DNA from: Alphaproteobacteria bacterium
Lineage (GTDB): Bacteria > Pseudomonadota > Alphaproteobacteria > UBA8317
Length of the DNA stretch: 64,000 nt
Assembly (NCBI GenBank): GCA_038131935.1
Contig: JAYPQH010000017.1
Span: 64,001 to 128,000 of the forward strand
Direction: 5' to 3'
Shown here: positions 22,845-33,649 of the stretch, piece after piece
Numbering within the stretch: the stretch's first letter is position 1
Layout of the letters: the number at the start of each line of letters is the position of its first letter
Program-made: the position numbers and the translations under genes
Notes under the pieces: generated by a model
The model's database searches: none
The model's input: only the letters and a program-made list of their open reading frames with translations
Told to the model about the DNA's origin: nothing

Positions 22845-23249
22845 ATGTTATCTACCTTTTTGCAACAGATACCAAGACACAATCGCCCTAACTACTGGGT
22901 TATTACCTCACAATCTCTTACAGATTTGCGTCGCCAGGAAGTGCGCCACGCATTTGATGCAAAACCTGACGGTCTTTTTGGTAGTGTTGTTGCTCTTTTG
23001 ACAATGTCTTCTGGTGTTCGTGTTACAGGTTTGGACGTAGAACAACGAATTTGGTATGGACAAATTCGTACGCCAGTTTGTCGTTTTGTGGATGATCTGG
23101 GCTTTACGGTTTGGGAGTCTGACGGTATTTCACATTATATATTGTACAGTAAGTCAAGAATTGGTTACTGGGACCTAGGTGCAAATAGGCGACGATTGCA
23201 TAAGGTGATGATGAGAATTGAGTCCCTTTATGCTGAATTGAGTGGGTAA
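22845..23249 (+). CDS. DUF1499 family protein
   Basis: FVDD...[16 protein letters not shown] signature. Confidence 0.75.
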   Translation: MLSTFLQQIPRHNRPNYWVITSQSLTDLRRQEVRHAFDAKPDGLFGSVVALLTMSSGVRVTGLDVEQRIWYGQIRTPVCRFVDDLGFTVWESDGISHYILYSKSRIGYWDLGANRRRLHKVMMRIESLYAELSG

Positions 23250-23274
23250 TGGAAAAAGTTACAAATTGGGGTCA

Positions 23275-23598
23275 ATGATGTCTGATGATTTCGAGCAAGA
23301 TCATGAAACCGGTGTGGTAACCAGAACGCGTCCCAGGGTCGCCAAGCCTCCGATGTATAAAGTCTTGATCCTAAATGATGACTACACCCCCATGGAATTC
23401 GTTGTGTTGGTGCTGATGCAAATCTTTCATATGAGCCAAGAGAAAGCCACAGAAGTGATGTTGCATGTGCACCAAAAAGGGGTAGGTGTGTGTGGTTTGT
23501 ACACCTATGAGGTCGCAGAGACAAAGGTTATGCAAGTGCTTGATGCAGCACGTCGACACGAACACCCTTTAAAATGTACGATGGAACAAGATAATTAA
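23275..23598 (+). CDS. clpS: Clp protease adaptor ClpS
   Basis: [36 protein letters not shown]. Confidence 0.97.
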   Translation: MMSDDFEQDHETGVVTRTRPRVAKPPMYKVLILNDDYTPMEFVVLVLMQIFHMSQEKATEVMLHVHQKGVGVCGLYTYEVAETKVMQVLDAARRHEHPLKCTMEQDN

Positions 23599-23670
23599 CC
23601 CAAATTGTCGCATATTATTTGACGTCGAGCATGTTCCGCGCCAACATTACAATAGTCAGCAAACAAATGG

Positions 23671-25977
23671 GTGAATATTGTGGCCGGGTTTCATAAAGAA
23701 TTAGAAGAGAGTTTAAAGCGAGCTTTGCGCATAGCGTCTTCTCGTGGTCATGAATTTGCCACATTGGAGCATTTATTGTTGTCCCTATGTGATGATGTTC
23801 ATGCACGAGAAGTTCTGTCAGGCTGTGGTCTGGATATTGCTGCTCTGCAAGTGCAGGTTGATGAATTTTTGCTCGAGCATTTTGATAATCTTCCCTTACC
23901 AGAAGAGAGCGATCCTCGCCCTACGTCTGGGTTTCAGCGCGTTGTACAAAGAGCTGCAATACATGTGGAATCCTCAGGGCGAGGAGATGTGACTGGCGCC
24001 AATATATTGGTTGCCATCTTTGCTGAGCGTGAATCTCACGCGGTATATTTCTTAAACCAGTTGGGGGTTACCCGGTATGATGTTGTGAACTTCATCTCCC
24101 ATGGAGGTGCAAGAGGGCAAGCTGAGTCCCAGAAGTCTTTCGAAGATATGGAAGATGTTAGCAAGCGCAAGGGGAAAGAAGGAAATGACCCCTTGTCCCA
24201 ATTCTGCACCAATCTCAACGAAAAAGCACGTTCTGGACGTGTTGATCCTCTGATTGGTAGGGATGAAGAGGTGATGCGAACAGCGCAAGTTCTGGTGCGA
24301 CGCCGAAAGAACAATCCTTTGTTGGTGGGTGATCCCGGGGTTGGTAAAACAGCCATTGCGGAAGGTCTTGCCCGTAAAATTGTTGAAGGTGATGTTCCCG
24401 ACATTTTGCTTGAGTCAGAAATTTATTCTTTGGACATGGGTGCGCTTTTGGCGGGAACACGATATCGAGGTGATTTTGAAGAGCGTCTTAAAGCAGTTCT
24501 CGCCGCGCTGGAATCGCGGGACAAAGCAATACTCTTTATTGACGAAATACATACCATTATCGGTGCAGGAGCGACCTCTGGTGGCGCAATGGATGCCTCT
24601 AACCTGCTTAAGCCAGCTTTGCAGGAGGGGTTGTTGCGTTGTGTCGGCTCCACCACCTACAAAGAATATAGGCAAATATTTGAGAAAGATCGTGCACTTG
24701 CCCGACGGTTCCAGAAGATTGACGTACAAGAGCCTACCATAGATGTCTCTCGCAAAATATTAACAGGATTGAAGCCATATTTTGAGGAGCATCACCAAGT
24801 TCGCTTTACCCATGAAGCCGTGAAGACCGCTGTGGAGCTGTCTGATCGTTATATTCGAGATCGCCGGTTGCCAGACAAAGCCATTGATGTCATCGATGAG
24901 GCTGGCGCTGCACAGCAACTTTTGCCTCCAAGTCGCCGTAAAAAAGTTGTTGGCGTGCGTGAGGTCGAAAAGGTCATTGCGTCAATGGCGCGCATTCCGC
25001 CTAAGAATGTTACCCGTGACGAGATGGAAGTGCTCTCTGGTCTGAAAGAGAGTTTGGAGCGTGTGGTTTATGGGCAGACATCGGCTATTGATGCTTTGGT
25101 ACAATCTGTTCAAACTGCGCGGGCGGGTCTGCGTGAAGCTGATAAACCCGTAGGAAATTATATGTTTGCAGGACCAACTGGGGTTGGGAAGACAGAGATT
25201 GCCAAACAACTTGCCAAGCATTTGGGTATTGAGTTGATACGTTTTGATATGTCTGAATATATGGAACGTCACACAGTCTCGCGTTTGATTGGTGCGCCAC
25301 CGGGCTATGTAGGTTTTGATCAAGGTGGATTGTTAACCGACGCTGTAGATCAGCATCCACATTCTGTTTTGTTGCTAGATGAAATTGAAAAGGCACATCC
25401 TGACATATTTAATATTCTGTTGCAGGTCATGGATTCAGGCAGATTAACCGATCAGAATGGAAAGACCGTTGATTTCAGAAATGTTATTTTGATTATGACT
25501 TCTAATGCTGGTGCACGAGACTTGCAGCGCACTGCCATGGGATTTGCCAATCAGGTGCATCATGATGATGCGTCGGTTGCCATCAACAAAACTTTTTCCC
25601 CTGAGTTTCGAAACAGGCTAGACGCGGTTATCCATTTTAATCCTTTGGATCCCTCAGTTATGCATTCCATTGTTGAGAAATTTCTTATGGAGTTGGAGGG
25701 GCAACTCTTGGAAAGAAAGGTTGATATCAACGTATCAGCTGAGGCCATTCAATGGCTTGCGAAGGAGGGATATGACCCTGCGATGGGGGCACGTCCATTG
25801 GGCCGTGTTATCCAAGAACATATTAAGAAACCTTTATCATCACTTCTCTTGTTTGGGTCATTGCGTGATGGTGGAACCTTGTTTGTGACTTTGGATGATG
25901 GGGCTTTGAAACTTGACGGCAAACCCTTGATGAAAAAAAATAAAGGTGAAGAATCATTAAAGTCTGAAGAAGTTTAA
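23671..25977 (+). CDS. clpA: Clp protease ATP-binding subunit ClpA
   Basis: Two AAA+ modules (GDPGVGKT, GPTGVGKT), RLIGAPPGYVG; follows clpS. Confidence 0.97.
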   Translation: MNIVAGFHKELEESLKRALRIASSRGHEFATLEHLLLSLCDDVHAREVLSGCGLDIAALQVQVDEFLLEHFDNLPLPEESDPRPTSGFQRVVQRAAIHVESSGRGDVTGANILVAIFAERESHAVYFLNQLGVTRYDVVNFISHGGARGQAESQKSFEDMEDVSKRKGKEGNDPLSQFCTNLNEKARSGRVDPLIGRDEEVMRTAQVLVRRRKNNPLLVGDPGVGKTAIAEGLARKIVEGDVPDILLESEIYSLDMGALLAGTRYRGDFEERLKAVLAALESRDKAILFIDEIHTIIGAGATSGGAMDASNLLKPALQEGLLRCVGSTTYKEYRQIFEKDRALARRFQKIDVQEPTIDVSRKILTGLKPYFEEHHQVRFTHEAVKTAVELSDRYIRDRRLPDKAIDVIDEAGAAQQLLPPSRRKKVVGVREVEKVIASMARIPPKNVTRDEMEVLSGLKESLERVVYGQTSAIDALVQSVQTARAGLREADKPVGNYMFAGPTGVGKTEIAKQLAKHLGIELIRFDMSEYMERHTVSRLIGAPPGYVGFDQGGLLTDAVDQHPHSVLLLDEIEKAHPDIFNILLQVMDSGRLTDQNGKTVDFRNVILIMTSNAGARDLQRTAMGFANQVHHDDASVAINKTFSPEFRNRLDAVIHFNPLDPSVMHSIVEKFLMELEGQLLERKVDINVSAEAIQWLAKEGYDPAMGARPLGRVIQEHIKKPLSSLLLFGSLRDGGTLFVTLDDGALKLDGKPLMKKNKGEESLKSEEV

Positions 25978-27109
25978 ACAGAGGCCTTTTTGTAAGGCGT
26001 TGTGGTATCGTAGATTTTGATTTGTTGATCTACCAAACCTCTCTCATGTTGGAGAAACTCATGAATAGCAGTTTCGAATCCTTTATGTTTAACCCAATGC
26101 CAAGATTGGGTTAAAACAGGCTCAAAGCCCCTTGCAATTTTATGTTCACCTTGGACGCCGGCTTCTACCCGCGCATATCCCGCTGCAATGGCTCGTTCAA
26201 TGGTTTGGTAGTAGCAGACTTCAAAATGCAGGAAATCTATCTGCGCTAAGCACCCCCATTGGCGTCCAAAAATTGTATCTGTGCCGACAAGGCTCCAGGC
26301 ACCTGCAATCATCTGCGAACCATCGAAGGCAGCAACAAGGGCAAGTTGTGGGCTGAGATTTGCTTGGAGCGCTTCAAATGTCTGCCGATTAAGATATGCT
26401 TGGCCCCATTTTGTATCAACTGTTGCCTCATGGCATCTAACAAATCCATCCCAATGCTCAGATTTGATATCATCGCCTTGGAGAAATTTTATTCGTAACC
26501 CGTGCTGTCGAATTTTTTCTCGCTCTTTACGTATTTGCTTCCGTTTCCTGGAATTCAGGGAGCCCAGAAACATATCGAAGTTCTGATAGTCTCTGTTATG
26601 CCAATGAAATTGCACATCTGTTCGTGTCATAAAACGAGGGTGAGGTGGGTCAATCTCTTCATTGGTAAACAAGATATGCATGGATGAAAATCCTGTCGTT
26701 GGAGCCAATGGTCCAAAATGGATAGGAATTTAGGTATATCATGCCGATCTTGCGTTAATATGCGATGCCCTGGGACAGGGGTGAACGGGATGGCTGAGAG
26801 TAATTTGGGATAGTACTGTCCTCCAGCGCGCTCAAAAGCATGGGCCCAAGCGTGGTCAAACACATACTCGCCATATGAGTGGTGTTTGATGTAGGTTGGT
26901 ATAAGTGCTTTTGGCTTTTCATGCTCGTAAATAGCAAGATGAATAGGCTGCCAGCCCGTTTGTAAACTAGCAGCGGCACTTTCTTCTAGGGCTATGAAAA
27001 AGCGTTGATCAAGAAAAGGACATCTTAAGGCTTCATCGCCGACCAAAATTTTCCAGATGTGGGAGGGTACCTTGGCTGCACCCTCATGCACATCAATATG
27101 CCAAACCAT
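25974..27109 (-). CDS. FemAB-like GNAT protein, DUF482 (apparent frameshift at ~26692)
   Basis: HSYGEYVFDHAWA, YYPKL..IPFTPVPG, QFHW.N, LHFEVCYYQ and GEHKIARG are split over two frames. Confidence 0.88.
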
Positions 27110-27118
27110 AGCTAAGGC

Positions 27119-27589
27119 CTACAATGTTATGAAAGTTGCCTCAACCTCAACAGGTGCTCCTAGTGGTAATGAGGCCATACCAACAGCTGCGCGGGCATGG
27201 GCTCCGAGTTCTGGTCCGAGTATTTCCGATAGAAATTCGGAGGCTCCGTTGATAATTACAGGATGTTTTGTAAAATTTGAGGGAGCGGCAACAAATCCTC
27301 GCACCACCAAGCACCCTTGAAGTCGTGTTAAATCATCATCAATGGCCTTGCATAATTGGGAAAGAATATTTGTTGTGCATAACTTTGCGGCTGCGATGGC
27401 GTCATCCATGCTGACGTCTTGTTCAACCAAGCCAGCACACACCAACGCGCCATCGCGCAGCGGAAGCTGACCAGACACCACAAGTTGATTGCCCAAATGT
27501 CTGTAAGGGACATAGGCTGCCAGTGCTGCAGGTGCGTCTGGAAGTGTTTCTCCAGTAATATTTTTATATTTTTGTCTGAGTGATGTCAT
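27119..27589 (-). CDS. RidA/YjgF family protein
   Basis: AAYVP, VSGQLP, NGASE, GAHARAAVG..SLP.GAPVEVE. Confidence 0.9.
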   Translation of the reverse strand: MTSLRQKYKNITGETLPDAPAALAAYVPYRHLGNQLVVSGQLPLRDGALVCAGLVEQDVSMDDAIAAAKLCTTNILSQLCKAIDDDLTRLQGCLVVRGFVAAPSNFTKHPVIINGASEFLSEILGPELGAHARAAVGMASLPLGAPVEVEATFITL

Positions 27590-28242
27590 TGAGAACTCCT
27601 ATTTGCATTCAACTGAGCGGCGCGCAAAACATCTGAAAGCATTGATGCTGTGAGCCGATTGGTGTTCATATTGTAACGTGAACAATGGTAACTGTCGTGG
27701 ACAAAATATTGGTCTACATGATGGATTTTTCCATGTGCAAACGGTGCAGCAGATAGAGGTTTGTCCAACGCGCGTAGGACATTGTCATGTGCAATTCGTC
27801 CAAGTGCAACAATGACACGAAGATTTTTCATATGTTTGATTTCAGAGCGTAGAAATACTCTACATCTTCGTGCTTCGTCACTGGTTGGCTTATTCTGTGG
27901 GGGGACGCATCGTACGGCATTGGTAATGCGGGTAGATGACATTGATAACCCATCATCTTGATGGGCCTTGTAACGTCCTTGCGCAATCCCAAGGTCAATG
28001 AGAATTGGATAAAGTGTGTCTCCTGCTCCATCTCCCGTGAATGGGCGCCCTGTTGCGTTAGCACCTCGAAGGCCAGGGGCCAGCCCAACGATGAGTAAAG
28101 TTGCATCTTGAGGTCCGAAGCTACGAACAGGTCCATTATGCCAATCTGGATGTTCTTGTTTATGTTGATCGCGAAAACTGACCAGACGGGGGCAGTGATC
28201 GCAGTTGACTTCTGGTTCAGCAGGTAAATCGTCAATCATCAT
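27586..28242 (-). CDS. Uracil-DNA glycosylase (Fe-S, family 5-like)
   Basis: CDHCPRL, GLAPG..GANATGRPFTGD, VRCVPPQNKP, YHCSRYN. Confidence 0.88.
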   Translation of the reverse strand: MMIDDLPAEPEVNCDHCPRLVSFRDQHKQEHPDWHNGPVRSFGPQDATLLIVGLAPGLRGANATGRPFTGDGAGDTLYPILIDLGIAQGRYKAHQDDGLSMSSTRITNAVRCVPPQNKPTSDEARRCRVFLRSEIKHMKNLRVIVALGRIAHDNVLRALDKPLSAAPFAHGKIHHVDQYFVHDSYHCSRYNMNTNRLTASMLSDVLRAAQLNANRSSQ

Positions 28243-28819
28243 CGCTATCTGATGGGCGCAGACTCTGGGGAGGGGCGCCATCTTTACGCCCAAATTGGTC
28301 GCGTAAGTCAGCAATATCAAGAAAACAGTCAGCCTGTCGACGAAGGTCATCTGAAATCATTGGTGGGGTAGACCGTATCGTTGACATCACCGTAACCCGG
28401 ACGGCTTTGCGTTGCATGGCTTCAATAAGCCGACGAAATTCCCCGTCTCCGGAGATGATGATGGCGTGGTCAATATGATCAGCCAGTTCCATGGCATCTA
28501 CGGCGAGCTCCATGTTCATGTTGCCCTTGATTTTCTCGCGACCCTGAGCGTCAGTGTATTTTCGTGTTGGCTTTGAGATAATCGTATATCCATTGTAATC
28601 AAGCCAATCGACCAATGGCCTGATAGGAGAATATTCTTGCTCATCCAGCATAGCTGTGTAGTAGTAGGCGCGGACAAGGCGGCAACGACGCGCAAGTTCA
28701 ATCCGTAAGCGGCGATAATCAATGTCAAATTCAAGTGCACGAGCGACGGCATAGAGGTTTGAGCCATCTATAAACAAGGCAACCTTTTCTTCTGGGTAAA
28801 CTGGTATCGTCATAGACAT
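28232..28819 (-). CDS. NYN domain protein (LabA/DUF88)
   Basis: FIDGSNL, RAYYY, KGNM..ELAVDA, SGDG.F, LRRQAD.F.D. Confidence 0.9.
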   Translation of the reverse strand: MSMTIPVYPEEKVALFIDGSNLYAVARALEFDIDYRRLRIELARRCRLVRAYYYTAMLDEQEYSPIRPLVDWLDYNGYTIISKPTRKYTDAQGREKIKGNMNMELAVDAMELADHIDHAIIISGDGEFRRLIEAMQRKAVRVTVMSTIRSTPPMISDDLRRQADCFLDIADLRDQFGRKDGAPPQSLRPSDSDDD

Positions 28820-28906
28820 GTAATATAACCTAAACATTTCACTAAAAAATACACTCGAGTATGCCGATTTGTGCATAAAGGTGCAAGTTCAGTAGAGGAT
28901 ATTGAA

Positions 28907-29473
28907 ATGGCTCACCAATTTGCAGTTCTATCTTTGGGTGCAAACATTCCAAGGTCACATCTTGGTCATGGACGATTGTTCAGGAGGGTATGCCGCCAAT
29001 TGAGTCAGTATGGTGCGCCTGTGGTGACAGCATCAAGGCTTTATCGCACCGCACCTTGGCCTCCAGGTGCTCATGCTCCTTGTTATTCAAATGCAATCGT
29101 GATCGTTCGCGCAAAATTGTCGGCACCATCTTTGTTGCGGCTCATGCTATATCTTGAACTTACCAGTGGGAGGCGTCGAAGCATTCCTAATGCACCCCGC
29201 ATCTTAGATTTAGATTTGCTTGATTACCGAGGCCTGAATATATCAAAACCATCTGGTACAGATTGTTTATGGCTACCACATCCTAGGATGCATCAGCGGG
29301 CCTTTGTTCTTGCTCCATTGTGTGATGTGTGGCCTACATGGCGGCATCCCAAACTGGACGTAACGGCACATCAACTGTTGAAAAATTGTGACATGTCTGG
29401 AGTTCAGATCTTGACTTCTTATGCGATTACGGGTCATAAGACGCGCTTGTTTGGTGCGGATGTTGAGGTTTAA
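28907..29473 (+). CDS. folK: Hydroxymethyldihydropteridine diphosphokinase
   Basis: LSLGAN, PRILDLDLL, LPHPRMHQRAFVLAPL. Confidence 0.93.
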   Translation: MAHQFAVLSLGANIPRSHLGHGRLFRRVCRQLSQYGAPVVTASRLYRTAPWPPGAHAPCYSNAIVIVRAKLSAPSLLRLMLYLELTSGRRRSIPNAPRILDLDLLDYRGLNISKPSGTDCLWLPHPRMHQRAFVLAPLCDVWPTWRHPKLDVTAHQLLKNCDMSGVQILTSYAITGHKTRLFGADVEV

Positions 29474-29833
29474 ATGGCACGGGTTACTGTCGAAGATTGT
29501 ATCGAAAAAGTTGACGGGCGCTTTGATCTCGTTTTGCTTGCCGCCCATCGTTCCCGCCAGATTGCTGGAGGCTCTCCTCTAACTGTAGAGCGTGAGCGAG
29601 ACAAAAATGCGGTTGTTGCTTTGCGTGAAATTGCAGAAGAGACAATTGAAATAAGCGCGGTTGAAGAGGACTTTGTCTGCTCTCAGCAACGACAGATACT
29701 GGATGATGAGCCCGATCCAGACGTCTCAGAAATGCAGGCTCTTGGGAAGCCAGATGAACCTGAAGAAGGGTTATCTGAGGAGGACCTTCTTAAGGTATTG
29801 CGTGGAGAGATGGACCTACCAGAGCGTTCATAA
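29474..29833 (+). CDS. rpoZ: RNA polymerase subunit omega
   Basis: MARVTVEDC...[11 protein letters not shown]...[12 protein letters not shown]. Confidence 0.96.
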   Translation: MARVTVEDCIEKVDGRFDLVLLAAHRSRQIAGGSPLTVERERDKNAVVALREIAEETIEISAVEEDFVCSQQRQILDDEPDPDVSEMQALGKPDEPEEGLSEEDLLKVLRGEMDLPERS

Positions 29834-29860
29834 AATGATTTGACGGAGCATATGCGCACA

Positions 29861-32006
29861 ATGATCCGTCAGTATGAGTTGGTTGATCGTATACTTGAGT
29901 ACAATCCAAACGCTGATGAAGCACTCATAAACAAAGCTTATGTCTATGCCATGCGCGCGCATGGATCCCAGAAACGCCATAATGGCGACCCGTATTTTTC
30001 TCACCCTTTGCAAGTCGCAGGCATCATGACCGATTTGCGCCTCGACGATGCTTCCATTGCCACAGCATTGCTACACGATACAGTTGAAGATACCGAGACA
30101 ACCCATGAAGATATCAGCCGGCTTTTTGGTGCGGAAATAGCGCATTTGGTTGATGGCGTTACAAAATTGTCTAAATTGGAACTTTCATCACCAAATGCTG
30201 CACAAGCTGAGAACTTTCGGAAGCTTTTTTGTTGCCATGTCGCAAGATGTTCGGGTGTTACTCGTAAAACTTGCGGATCGGTTGCATAATATGAGGACAT
30301 TGCATTTTGTGCCTCATGCAGAAAAACGAAGGCGTATCGCACAGGAAACGTTGGATCTTTATGCTCCCTTGGCTGGTCGCATCGGTATGCAATCAATAAG
30401 AGAAGAGTTGGAGGAGATAGCATTTCGAGAGTTAAATCCTGACATGCATGCCTCGATCACTGCCCGGATTGACCGGATGACATCTGGAGATACCTCCATG
30501 GCAGTGCCTGTTCTTAATGATTTACGTGATTTGTTACGTCAGAATGGTTACATGTCACCAATTCACGGTCGAACAAAAAGACCTTTTTCTATTTTTGTAA
30601 AAATGCAAAGGCAAGGTGTAGGTCTTGAGCAATTATCAGATGTGTTTGCTTGTCGTGTTATCACCAGCTCCATTGCGGAATGCTATCAGATTTTAGGACT
30701 TATCCACACACATTGGGCTATGGTTCCTAATAGGTTTAAAGATTATATCTCTACGCCTAAAAGAAACGGTTATCGTTCCTTACATACCACCATCGTTGGC
30801 CCTTCCAAGCAACGCGTGGAAATCCAAATCAGAACGGCACATATGCATGAAATAGCAGAAAAGGGTCTCGCAGCTCATTGGGCTTACAAGGAAGGCGACG
30901 AAATTCGTTCCGAAGATACATATTTTACAAGTTGGATTAACGAACTGTTACAAATGATAGAAGCAGGTGATCCACCAGAAGATTTTTTGGAGCATTCTCG
31001 TTTGGAAATGTTCCATGATCAGGTTTTTTGTTTCACACCGCGCGGAGACGTCATCGGTTTACCATCAGGTGCAACACCCTTGGATTTCGCGTTTGCTGTG
31101 CATACAGAGATCGGATATCATGCTGTCGGCGCAAAAGTTAATGGTTTGCGACAACCTCTCGGTTATGTGCTGCAGAATGCTGATGAGGTCGAAATTCTTC
31201 TTTCAAAACAGCAGCGTCCTCAGCGAAGCTGGGAATCAATCGCCAAAACTGGCAAGGCTAAGGCAGCCATTCGGAGATATTTTCGAGAACAAAATCAAGC
31301 CCAGATGATAAGTTTTGGGCGTGAGTTGCTTGAATCTGGTTTTCGAGATGCAGGTTTTGTTATGACGAAGAAACTTCTGGATCAAATTGCTGGCATGATC
31401 GGACAGAAAGTAGATCCATTTTTGTATGATGTAGGCCGCGGTCAGATAAGCGTTCCAAAGGTTATTGGGATGATTTATCCTGATACAGAAACACATTTCA
31501 CCACTGCACAGATAGCGCCTATTAGAGTGGACCGAACCGGCTTGGTACCGGGTGTAAGTTTGCATCTGTCACGCTGCTGTTTTCCTGTTCCTGGGGATAG
31601 GATTGTGGGTGTACGAGACAGTGATCATGGCATTGATGTCCATATTATTGATTGCGCTAAGCTGGTCGCTTTATCTCCAATGGCAGAGCATTGGGTTGAT
31701 TTGAGATGGCCAACAAAGAATGTTGGGGGCGATCATCATTTGGCACGTTTGGAAGTTGATTTAGCCCATGAAGTTGGTGCTTTATCTGAATTAACTGGCT
31801 TGTTAGGGCGGGTTCAGTGCAATATTGATGATTTGGTTTTTTTAAAACGGGACAAGTCCGTTTATCGTATTCGACTTGATCTTGAAGTTCGAGATCTGCG
31901 GCATTTGGAGCAGATCAAAAATGCAATGTCGACTCTTGAAAATGTCACATTGGTGCGGCGTGTGCGTGGTGATGCACAGATGCGATTGGTAGAAGAGGAA
32001 CAATGA
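29861..32006 (+). CDS. spoT: Bifunctional (p)ppGpp synthetase/hydrolase, RelA/SpoT homologue (apparent frameshift at ~30228)
   Basis: PYFSHP, LLHDTVEDT, VKLADRLHNMRT, RFKDYI..PK.NGY.SLHT, TGS and ACT domains. One extra T in a T6 run. Confidence 0.95.
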
Positions 32007-32602
32007 TGACTAGTGAAGACGTGTTGGATGAATTCAAGCAGGCGGGAGCCCTTCTTGAGGGTCATTTTATTCTTTCGTCAGGGCTCCATTCAGAGCGCTA
32101 TCTGCAATGTGCCCGTGTGTTGATGGATCCAGTTCGGGCTGAAAGGTTGTGCTCCACCTTGGCGAAAAAACTTGGTGAATTTTGGCCTAACCAAAAATTT
32201 GATTTGGTTGTTTCTCCGGCGATGGGTGGTGTTGTGGTTGGATATGAAATGGGCCGGCAGTTGGGTGTGCCTTCAATCTTTACCGAACGGGTTGACGGTG
32301 AATTTACCCTGCGTCGTGGATTTTCTATTGAACCTGGGCAAACCGTGCTGATGGTGGAAGATGTCGTGACAACGGGAAAGTCATCACGGGAATGTATAGC
32401 CACCATCGTGCGCGAGGGGGGGGTTGTCACAGGTGCATGCTCGCTTGTTGACCGCTCCTCAGGTGGCGTAGACCTTGGGGTTCCTTACCTCAGTTTATTA
32501 ACACTTGATGTTCCCACCTTTGGTCCAGGTGATATTCCAGAGCATTTGCGTTCAGTGCCAGCGGTTAAGCCCGGTTCAAGAGATCTTCATCAAAAAAAAT
32601 GA
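32003..32602 (+). CDS. pyrE: Orotate phosphoribosyltransferase
   Basis: GHFILSSGLHS, VEDVVTTG PRPP-binding motif, KPGSR. Confidence 0.94.
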   Translation: MMTSEDVLDEFKQAGALLEGHFILSSGLHSERYLQCARVLMDPVRAERLCSTLAKKLGEFWPNQKFDLVVSPAMGGVVVGYEMGRQLGVPSIFTERVDGEFTLRRGFSIEPGQTVLMVEDVVTTGKSSRECIATIVREGGVVTGACSLVDRSSGGVDLGVPYLSLLTLDVPTFGPGDIPEHLRSVPAVKPGSRDLHQKK

Positions 32603-33351
32603 GTATTGAATTATCCCAAGATATGTTTTGGGGTGGGAAAATTATCCTCGAACAACCCACGACAGGGTATAGAGTGGGGAATGATGCTGTTTTGCTTGCG
32701 GCAAGCACAACCATGGGATTTACCGGATCAGTTCTCGATGTTGGTTCAGGTGTAGGGGCTGTTGGATTGATGATTGCCAAACGCCATGAGCAGGTTCACG
32801 TTTCGGGGGTGGAGCGTGATGAGGTAATTTGTGACATCAGTCGGCAAAATGCGATTGTTAACAAAGTATCAACAAGGTTTGTTGCTCACGCAGGAGATAT
32901 GTTTGTTCAAGATCCAAGATGGCCACAAGAAGGCTTTGATCATGTCGTCACCAACCCCCCATTCTTTTCCAGAAGAATGGGCTTGAATGAAAATTATCGA
33001 ACTTTGGCGCGTAGTTTGGATCAAGATATCACGCTGGCTCAGTGGCTTTTTCGATGTATGACATTGGTTCGTCACCGTGGCTGGTTGCGCGCCATTTTCC
33101 CGGTACAGGCCTTGCCTGAGGTACTGGGTATGCTATCAGGAAGGGCTGGCAATATTCATTGCTTGCCTTTGTGCGCGCGCGCCGGTGACCGAGCGACGCG
33201 TGTGCTCCTCGCCGCGCAGCGAAATGTAAAAACATCGATGTCGCTGCTATCCCCTCTTGTGATGCACCAGCAAGACGGGTCATACACCGCTGAGGTAGAT
33301 TTGGTTTTGCGCAATGGGTCTCTGCTAGAAGGGTTTGAGCAGGCATGTTAA
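32599..33351 (+). CDS. SAM-dependent methyltransferase (tRNA1(Val) A37 N6-methylase-like)
   Basis: GYR...DAVLLAA, VLDVGSGVG, NPPF. Confidence 0.8.
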   Translation: MSIELSQDMFWGGKIILEQPTTGYRVGNDAVLLAASTTMGFTGSVLDVGSGVGAVGLMIAKRHEQVHVSGVERDEVICDISRQNAIVNKVSTRFVAHAGDMFVQDPRWPQEGFDHVVTNPPFFSRRMGLNENYRTLARSLDQDITLAQWLFRCMTLVRHRGWLRAIFPVQALPEVLGMLSGRAGNIHCLPLCARAGDRATRVLLAAQRNVKTSMSLLSPLVMHQQDGSYTAEVDLVLRNGSLLEGFEQAC

Positions 33352-33569
33352 CAAAATTTTTGATTACAGGGGTCATTATTGCAATTGCTATTGCATCGTA
33401 TTTTTATGGCCGAGGGCGTAAATCGCGTCAGGTTGATGGAGCAACCCGTGCTGCTCAAGAGGCCACTCGGCGTAGAGTCGAAGAGCGTTTGAATTTGAAA
33501 CAATGTTCTGTTTGTGAAGATTATGTTGCTGGGCGATGTCATCGTGAGGATTGTGGCCATATTGAGTAG
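33345..33569 (+). CDS. Small membrane-anchored protein with Cys-rich C-terminus
   Basis: N-terminal hydrophobic helix, basic linker, CSVC..YV..RC.REDC; overlaps the upstream gene. Confidence 0.7.
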   Translation: MLTKFLITGVIIAIAIASYFYGRGRKSRQVDGATRAAQEATRRRVEERLNLKQCSVCEDYVAGRCHREDCGHIE

Positions 33570-33649
33570 CTTTGCTCGTCGGTATGGATATGTCTATCTA
33601 ACAGGTTATTTTGTGACCAATGGTTTCAGTTGAAGTTTTTGAGGAAAAA

